This document shows, one piece after another, positions 54,701 through 59,764 of a stretch of 59,764 bases of DNA (the first letter of the stretch is position 1; each line of letters starts with the position of its first letter). Both the position numbers and the translations under genes were made by a program. The stretch lies in NCBI GenBank assembly GCA_045116675.1, contig JBGUMF010000063.1, forward strand, positions 1-59,764, read 5' to 3'. The notes under the pieces were generated by a model that was not told where the DNA came from, searched no databases, and was given only the letters and a program-made list of their open reading frames with translations. Origin of the DNA: Bacteroidales bacterium. Its GTDB lineage: Bacteria; Bacteroidota; Bacteroidia; Bacteroidales; WCHB1-69.

Positions 54701-57700
54701 GCTGCACAGCGTGGTCCGCGATACGTTCATGGAGAGTGACAACAGCACACACCGGAAACTGCTTCGACGTTATAATAAAATGATGATGAATGCCGAGCTG
54801 ACACACTATCGGGACGTGTCTGAACCCGGCAGCGACGAACATTGGGAGATCACGCTCACCGACGGAAAAGGAAAAACCATGCGACAGGCGGAACTGCTGG
54901 CATGGATGATTGACGGCAGCCTGCACGAATTGGGGATGAGGAAAACGGATTATGGAGCCTACTATTATCCAAAACGTGTCAGGATTCCGGATTATTTGAT
55001 TGTCTGGGGAGCTCAAATAGAGTGCCGTGATATTTCCAACTCCTATGCAAATTATTATTGTTACAAAGAAGAGAATAAAACACCCAAGCCCAGACTTTTT
55101 TATGAAAGTGTGATCCGGCCCCAGCAGGACTTCTATTACTCACCTCTTTCAGATGATGTGCAGGCGGTTGTGATTAAGTATGAGCCGCCCGTATTCGATT
55201 CGGACAATACCGTCAGCGAGTCAAATGTGGCAAGGAAATTGGCGAATATGGCAGGCGTTTCTTCATTGGATGGCTCGATGGCTCCCGTGCGGGGCAATCG
55301 CAGTGACGGGAAACAGGTGATTGTGGACGGAGTGAGGGTGAGGAACACCACTCCGATAATGGCCATCCCGCAACCCTCAATGAAGGAACCCTCTCTTCCG
55401 GAATCGCCGCTTCCGCCCGAGGTGAAAGTGCGTAGCCATTTTGTGGAGACGGCTTTCTTCGAGCCGAGCCTGCATCCCGATGACAGCGGGCGAGTGCACA
55501 TACGCTTCACCCTTCCGGACCAATATACCGGATGGGAATTCTATGCGTTTGGGCACAGCAGGGATATGCGCACAAGCCGTATGAATGCGCTGTTGCAGAG
55601 CCGCCGCACGCTGATGTTGCAGACCAATGCGCCGCGCTTCCTCCGCGAGGGCGACACGCTCACCTTACGTGCCAAGATTACCAACTATGGTGAGGAAAAC
55701 CGGCAGGGGAATGTGACGCTGGAGTTTTTCAATGCGGAGGATAACCAGCCCGTGGAAATGATATTCGGTGCTGGGGATGTTTCGGCAAACGGAACCGCAA
55801 CATTCCACGTGGCCGCCGGCACATCCGAGGTGGTCCGATTCCGGATCCGTGTGCCGGAGGGCGTGCCGGCAGTGTCCTACCGGATGGTGGCTCGTGCCGG
55901 CAACTACGGCGACGGCGAGGAGAATATCCTGCCGGTGCTGCCCAACAAGATGCTGGTGACGGAGGCCTGCTCCTTCACGGTGCCTGCGGGCCAGGATGCC
56001 GCCTTCACGTTCCAGCGCTACCGCACGCACACCACACCTACGATGCAACCGCTGAGCTATACCTTGGAGGTGACCACCAATCCCGCGTGGCTCGCCATCC
56101 GTGCGTTGCCTTACCTGATGCGTTATCCATACGAATGTAACGAGCAGATATTCTCCAAAATATTCGCTGCCGCCACCGTGCAGCACGCGCTGGCGCAGAC
56201 TTCGGGTCTTCGCGAGGTGTTCGACAGCTGGCTGAATGACACGGTGAACGATGCGCTGGCTTCTCCATTGCTCAAGAATGTGTCGTTGCAGTGTATGCTT
56301 CTGGAAGAGACTCCTTGGCTTCAAGATGCGCAGAGCGAATCGCGCCAACGGCAGGAGACCGCCAAACTCTTCACCAACGAGAATCTCCAACGGCAGTTGG
56401 ATAAGAATATCAACAAGTTGCTGCATAACCAACTGCTGAACGGCGGTTGGGATTGGTACGGGAAAAGCTATTATTCCCGGTACATCACCAACCATATCGT
56501 GGCGGGCTTCTATAAACTCCGACGTTTGGGCGTGGAAATCGCGCAGGCGGACAAGATGCTGGGGAAAGCCGTTCAGAGGTCCGACGAGGAACAGGAGGAT
56601 CGTTATCAGGCTTATCTTAAACGAAAAGAGAAAGATTCCAAGGCACAATTCTTCTTTTCCGAGGAGGATGTGCACTACCTGTATGCGCGCTCCTTCGCGC
56701 CGTATGATGCTGCTTGGCTGTCAATGCCATTCGTGCGGAATCTGATGGCGTTGATGACAAAAGATCTGAGGAATGCTCCATACACCCGTCAGGCGGAGGT
56801 GGCGTTGGTTTTGTACCGCACGGGCCGTGAGGCGGAGGCGAGGGAGATTATGGAATACATTCGCCAGCAGGCGGTTACGGATCTTGAGAAGGGTATGTAT
56901 TGGCGCAAGGAGTTTGACGGGAGTTTCTATCGCTGGTACGAGGCACCCATAGAGTGCCAGGCGTTGCTGATAGAGGCTTTCACGGAGATTGCGCCGCGTG
57001 CGGACGAGCTGACCGCGATGAAGCATTGGCTCTTGTGTCAGAAGAGAGGCAACAGCTGGCCCAGCACCAAGGCCACCTCGGAGGCCGTATATGCGTTGCT
57101 GCTTGACGCTCCTGCGGACTTGCTGCAGCCATCCGCCACGATTGTTACGGTGGGCGGCGAAACGGTGAAGCCTGTGGAGGATGCTCGTGCCGAGGCAGGC
57201 ACGGGTTTTCAGCGGCGGGTTTGGCATCAGCGGGAGATGACTCCTGAACTGGCGGACATCCGCGTGCGTGCCGACGGGGTGCATCCGGCTTTTGGGGCCT
57301 GCTATTGGCAGTATCTGGAAGTGCCGGATCAGGTGGAGGCCGCCGGCAGCGGGCTCACGGTCCGGCGCACCTTGTATCACCAGCCGGCGGCCGGCGACAG
57401 CTATGCTGCCGAGCCGGTTACTGATGACAACCCCGTGCGCTTGGGCGAGCGCATCACGGTGCGGGTGGTTGTCACCTCCGACCGCGATTTGGAGTACGTG
57501 CAGGTTAAGGACTCGCGGGCGTCGGCTTTTGAGCCGGTCAACATCCATGAGCGCAGCGGGCGGCAGAATGAGGTGTGGTGGGTGGAAAGTCCCCGCGACG
57601 CTTCCACCAACTTCTTCTTCAGTCGTTTCCCGCAGGGCACGGTGGTGCTGGAGTACGATGTTTTCGCCACGCAGACCGGCGACTTCTCCAGCGGTGCCAC

Positions 57701-57776
57701 CACGGTGGAGTGCATGTATGCCCCGGAGTATAGGGCGCAATCTGCCGGCACCAGAATATGGGTGGTGGGTAAATGA
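51702..57776 (+). CDS. Bacterial alpha-2-macroglobulin family protein
   Basis: FTDRTLYRPGQTV, EYKLPTF, RSHF.ETAFF.P, PRFLREGD, thioester motif YPYECNEQ, CMYAPE. Confidence 0.95.
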   Translation: MTSRSRTIQLLFLLVCVCTAAWTQAQPRADSRSFGHLWTLYDGIRQSYVRDRRVMLDTIQWKAEAEHDAYQLFIVNHKRLMLGRQQQDLSLQEAVLWLDSMRRDNVAARWNDPDSTIYRSLYHYLTGLLLATNRPSNPKTMTIHPATFRNMEEWSGENFREETKRAYAACFAGLPKAIPLHTHRWDFLLVTIPETRPLRPTLNDVLCQSFVSTFGDEYPELANAWVDEAMAAHTERNILIDYEIQRLHYTFPHVQENVDTSAGWRMLDSLEQKYGPDIAFDYERGLQLAVAYQLTDRESDYMDRAVGYFDKVIRQSGTDESGNPLLHLYGQNAAYYLDKLTRPRLTLVNASLDLPLGHKLRIPIQYSNLETIYVSVYPSSDIVSYNNHGKEVKGWKIESFQTYFKWDEFFEKKICTQRFDLAGAGRFATTELWMDSLPVGNYRFFFHTKPELDEAGVLMEADFRVTRLKLSTWSVMRKKGVIAVNDRRTGEPLPGKWGRGANMILFPHLSNRFGEIRYARGLGYRDPCSVYDKKVAYSTTDWEQVDPFSLFHHHGYSVRAHLFTDRTLYRPGQTVHFKYVLSKKGKALRNVPVMAILENLSSTTSDTMLLTTSEYGSVSGEFRLPSVVGKSLLLVVPVSKKTKTQRRYYALSEIKKIEVAEYKLPTFKVRLESDSQQVAAGDTFTICGKVTALNGVPVGNAAVVLNVKTNFTEKQERLDVVTEQDGRFAYRYPVARNTYRLDVEAIVTDLNGETHSDNSMVMIPQELLTISLLGDKDVDLAWNDTARWRVTAVNYRDIVQNVPLRITVVRLDAPKEYRVPAFDKTPAYWRPLHSEEEYAREFPYLTFDLHANDAAYWPALDTCFRGMTMSSADSLLKIMVKDWKIGNYKMLVDGHDKKGNDVTKTTFFTINNSSRTDFLTFQPIRAKFISVPPKKGKPLQISVGSSLDKAVMVCDVYQGKRRIKTWSIPLNREQKTVKVRTRSTGNRGLSLCARIVQNGQLHSVVRDTFMESDNSTHRKLLRRYNKMMMNAELTHYRDVSEPGSDEHWEITLTDGKGKTMRQAELLAWMIDGSLHELGMRKTDYGAYYYPKRVRIPDYLIVWGAQIECRDISNSYANYYCYKEENKTPKPRLFYESVIRPQQDFYYSPLSDDVQAVVIKYEPPVFDSDNTVSESNVARKLANMAGVSSLDGSMAPVRGNRSDGKQVIVDGVRVRNTTPIMAIPQPSMKEPSLPESPLPPEVKVRSHFVETAFFEPSLHPDDSGRVHIRFTLPDQYTGWEFYAFGHSRDMRTSRMNALLQSRRTLMLQTNAPRFLREGDTLTLRAKITNYGEENRQGNVTLEFFNAEDNQPVEMIFGAGDVSANGTATFHVAAGTSEVVRFRIRVPEGVPAVSYRMVARAGNYGDGEENILPVLPNKMLVTEACSFTVPAGQDAAFTFQRYRTHTTPTMQPLSYTLEVTTNPAWLAIRALPYLMRYPYECNEQIFSKIFAAATVQHALAQTSGLREVFDSWLNDTVNDALASPLLKNVSLQCMLLEETPWLQDAQSESRQRQETAKLFTNENLQRQLDKNINKLLHNQLLNGGWDWYGKSYYSRYITNHIVAGFYKLRRLGVEIAQADKMLGKAVQRSDEEQEDRYQAYLKRKEKDSKAQFFFSEEDVHYLYARSFAPYDAAWLSMPFVRNLMALMTKDLRNAPYTRQAEVALVLYRTGREAEAREIMEYIRQQAVTDLEKGMYWRKEFDGSFYRWYEAPIECQALLIEAFTEIAPRADELTAMKHWLLCQKRGNSWPSTKATSEAVYALLLDAPADLLQPSATIVTVGGETVKPVEDARAEAGTGFQRRVWHQREMTPELADIRVRADGVHPAFGACYWQYLEVPDQVEAAGSGLTVRRTLYHQPAAGDSYAAEPVTDDNPVRLGERITVRVVVTSDRDLEYVQVKDSRASAFEPVNIHERSGRQNEVWWVESPRDASTNFFFSRFPQGTVVLEYDVFATQTGDFSSGATTVECMYAPEYRAQSAGTRIWVVGK

Positions 57777-57854
57777 TTATAAACGAAATACATGATATGC
57801 CCTAATAGATATTGTCTTTGGGGCTTAAGCTTTTTTTACGGAATGTTTTGGGGA

Positions 57855-57888
57855 TTGGTGAGCTTGGTTATCAGAACAGTTTCACCAA
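57855..57888. terminator. Possible terminator hairpin between the convergent macroglobulin and tRNA genes
   Basis: TTGGTGAG...TTTCACCAA arms. Confidence 0.45.
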
Positions 57889-57898
57889 GTTGTTTTAG

Positions 57899-57982
57899 TA
57901 CCGAAGGTGGGACTTGAACCCACACGCCCGCAATGGGCAAGGGATTTTAAGTCCCTCGTGTCTACCATTCCACCACTTCGGC
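57899..57982 (-). tRNA. tRNA-Leu (anticodon TAA); CCA not encoded
   Basis: Reverse complement GCCGAAG-TGGTGGAATGGTAGACAC-GAGGGA-CTTAAAA-TCCCTT-long variable arm-GTGGGTTCAAGTCCCAC-CTTCGGT-A; -7 box at 58014-58021. Confidence 0.96.
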
Positions 57983-58086
57983 GCGTTCAATGAACGTCTC
58001 ATTTTTGAGGCCGCAAAAATACAAAAAAATACAATATGGCTTCTTCCGGCGTATTTTTTTCTAGACTATAGCCCAACAACCTGCTG

Positions 58087-58803
58087 CTACCGTCCAATCA
58101 GAAAAATGCAGGGTCGCTTGTCCAGCAGGTTGCGCTCGTCCTCGAAATATTTGCCCCATTTGGACACGGACTGTGTTTTCAGCAGGGCGTTTTCGGAGGT
58201 GAGGCCGGCGGCGATGCAGAGGCGCGTGGCGGGCTGGCAAACACTGCAGATGGAGGCTGCCATGCGGCGGTTGCGGTAGGGGGTCTCGATGAACATCTGC
58301 GTCTGGCCCGTCTTGAGGGCGACACTTTCGATAGCTTTCAGTTTCTTCTCCCTCTCGTATTGTTCCACTGGCAGATAACCATGGAAGGTGAAGTTCTGCC
58401 CGTTGAGTCCGCTGCCCATGAGGGCGAGAATGAGCGAGCTGGGTCCGATGAGCGGCACCACCTCAATGCCCAGCTGGTGGGCTTTGGCCACGGCCAGGTT
58501 GCCGGGGTCGGCCACGCAGGGCACGCCCGCCTCCGACATCAGGCCCACGTTGTGGCCCTCCAGGCAGGGCTGCAGGTATTCGTTGAGCTCCACGCCCTGC
58601 GTGTGCTCGTTGAGTTCGAAGAATTGCAGCTCGTCAATCTTCTTTTGGATGCCCGCGTAGCGCAGGAAACGCCGTGCCGTACGCAGCTCTTCGACAATGT
58701 AATAGTCAATCTGGTTAATGATTTCCGCGTTGAACGCCGGGAAGAACTGCCCGAAAGCGCCTTCCGCGATGGGGGTGGGGATGAGGTATAGTTTGCCGGA
58801 CAT
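58087..58803 (-). CDS. RsmI-like SAM-dependent (tetrapyrrole methylase family) methyltransferase
   Basis: LYLIPTPI, MSEAG.PCVADPG, GPSSL.LALM.SG.NGQ.F.FHGYLP, FIETPYRN. Confidence 0.88.
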   Translation of the reverse strand: MSGKLYLIPTPIAEGAFGQFFPAFNAEIINQIDYYIVEELRTARRFLRYAGIQKKIDELQFFELNEHTQGVELNEYLQPCLEGHNVGLMSEAGVPCVADPGNLAVAKAHQLGIEVVPLIGPSSLILALMGSGLNGQNFTFHGYLPVEQYEREKKLKAIESVALKTGQTQMFIETPYRNRRMAASICSVCQPATRLCIAAGLTSENALLKTQSVSKWGKYFEDERNLLDKRPCIFLIGR

Positions 58804-58809
58804 AAAAGG

Positions 58810-58970
58810 TGGTGTGATGGTTTGTAAGGTTTGTATGGTTAAAGGTTTTAATGTATGAAAGTATTAAAAGTGGGAAAGTAATAAGGTTTTAAAGTATAAA
58901 ATGTGTTAATCACAAAGTCCAATTTTCCAATGCCAAAGTCCAACACCAACATCCAACTTCCAAAGTTTAT
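58810..58970. repeat. Nonamer repeats (58810-58900) followed by TTGG-cored ~7-mer repeats on the minus strand (58915-58970)
   Basis: Minus strand: ttggaag ttggatg ttggtg ttggact ttggca ttggaaaa ttggact. Confidence 0.65.
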
Positions 58971-59085
58971 CTCCCAATTCACAACAAACAACAGCGGTTG
59001 CAAAGATAAACAAAAGAATCACACCGTGCATCCTCTTGTTTGGCTGTTCGTTTTTTTTGTACTTTCGCGGGCTTAATAATGATAG

Positions 59086-59764
59086 ATGGACAATATTTAT
59101 AAAGTAGGAATAGATATTGGCTCTACAACAGTCAAGGTTGTGGTGCTGGATGCTAAGGACACGCTCCTGTACGCCGATTACCGTCGGCACAACATGAACA
59201 TACGCGCCACGGTGCGCGAGGCACTGCTCCCTGTGGCTGAAAAGTATCCTGACGCGATGCTCCGCGTGGCCGTCACCGGCTCCGTGGGCATGGGTTATGC
59301 CGAATGTTGGCATCTGCCCTTCGTGCAGGAGGTGATCGCCGCCGCCACGCTCGTGAAACGGCAGTTTCCGCAAACCCGCACCTTCATCGACATCGGCGGC
59401 GAGGACAGCAAGATGATCTTCTTCGAGGAGGGTAGGGTGCCCGACATACGCATGAATGGCAACTGCGCCGGTGGCACGGGTGCCTTCATCGACCAGACCG
59501 CCAGCCTGCTCAATGTGGAGCCCTCGGAACTGAACGCGCTGGCAGAGCAGGCCCAGACCGTCTATCCCATCGCTTCCCGCTGCGGCGTCTTCTCCAAGAC
59601 CGACATCCAAAACCTGCTGGCACGGCATGTCAGCAAGGCGGATGTGGCCCTTTCGGTGTTCCATGCCGTGGCCCTGCAGGTCATCGGCACCCTCTCGCGC
59701 GGCCTTGACGTACAGCCGCCCGTCTTCTTCTGCGGCGGCCCGTTCGCGTTCCTGCCCATGCTGA
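59086..59764 (+). CDS. Acyl-CoA dehydratase activase (BadF/BcrA-type ASKHA ATPase), N-terminal part, runs off the window
   Basis: Translated by hand because it is absent from the ORF track: MDNIYKVGIDIGSTTVK...VTGS.G...IDIGGEDSK...RMNGNCAGGTGAFIDQ...IASRCGVF. Confidence 0.92.
   Translation, partial: MDNIYKVGIDIGSTTVKVVVLDAKDTLLYADYRRHNMNIRATVREALLPVAEKYPDAMLRVAVTGSVGMGYAECWHLPFVQEVIAAATLVKRQFPQTRTFIDIGGEDSKMIFFEEGRVPDIRMNGNCAGGTGAFIDQTASLLNVEPSELNALAEQAQTVYPIASRCGVFSKTDIQNLLARHVSKADVALSVFHAVALQVIGTLSRGLDVQPPVFFCGGPFAFLPML

Noticed and set aside
57780-57982. tRNA-Leu as an integration site for a prophage or ICE
   Set aside because: No integrase and no duplicated tRNA 3' end found in the window.

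Overview
Chromosomal window from a Bacteroidota genome, most likely Bacteroidales. The evidence is gldH, a T9SS C-terminal sorting domain, DUF4249/DUF4199/DUF1573-type genes and TAnnTTTG -7 promoter boxes before many genes. Most of the window is housekeeping and envelope biology: hslR, nadA, an MBOAT acylation pair, rseP, gldH, a RicT-like protein, tamB, tsaD, rnr, apbE, recR, an LTA-synthase-family sulfatase, an Mpl-like ligase, a TonB receptor, rplS, mce, a GT2, an SF1 helicase, rlmI, rplC-D-W-B-rpsS, alpha-2-macroglobulin, tRNA-Leu(TAA) and a truncated CoA-dehydratase activase. Two accessory blocks stand out: a four-gene LPP20-like/CsgG-like surface-protein cluster (1097-5786) and an AT-rich mini-RHS toxin/immunity pair (42211-43606). 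The strongest novel signal is a family of ~28-bp REP-like units (hairpin + ~8 nt + GTAG). They occur in short ~53-bp-period arrays set in inverted orientation on both sides of two unrelated two-gene cargoes 40 kb apart, with no transposase in the window. This suggests a non-autonomous REP-bounded gene-cassette system. Also notable are a ~325-nt extensively base-paired leader with alternative pairings, an S10 operon cut off from both rpsJ and rplV, and overlapping tamB/tsaD 5' ends. All protein calls come from motif recognition by eye; no database searches or folding programs were run.
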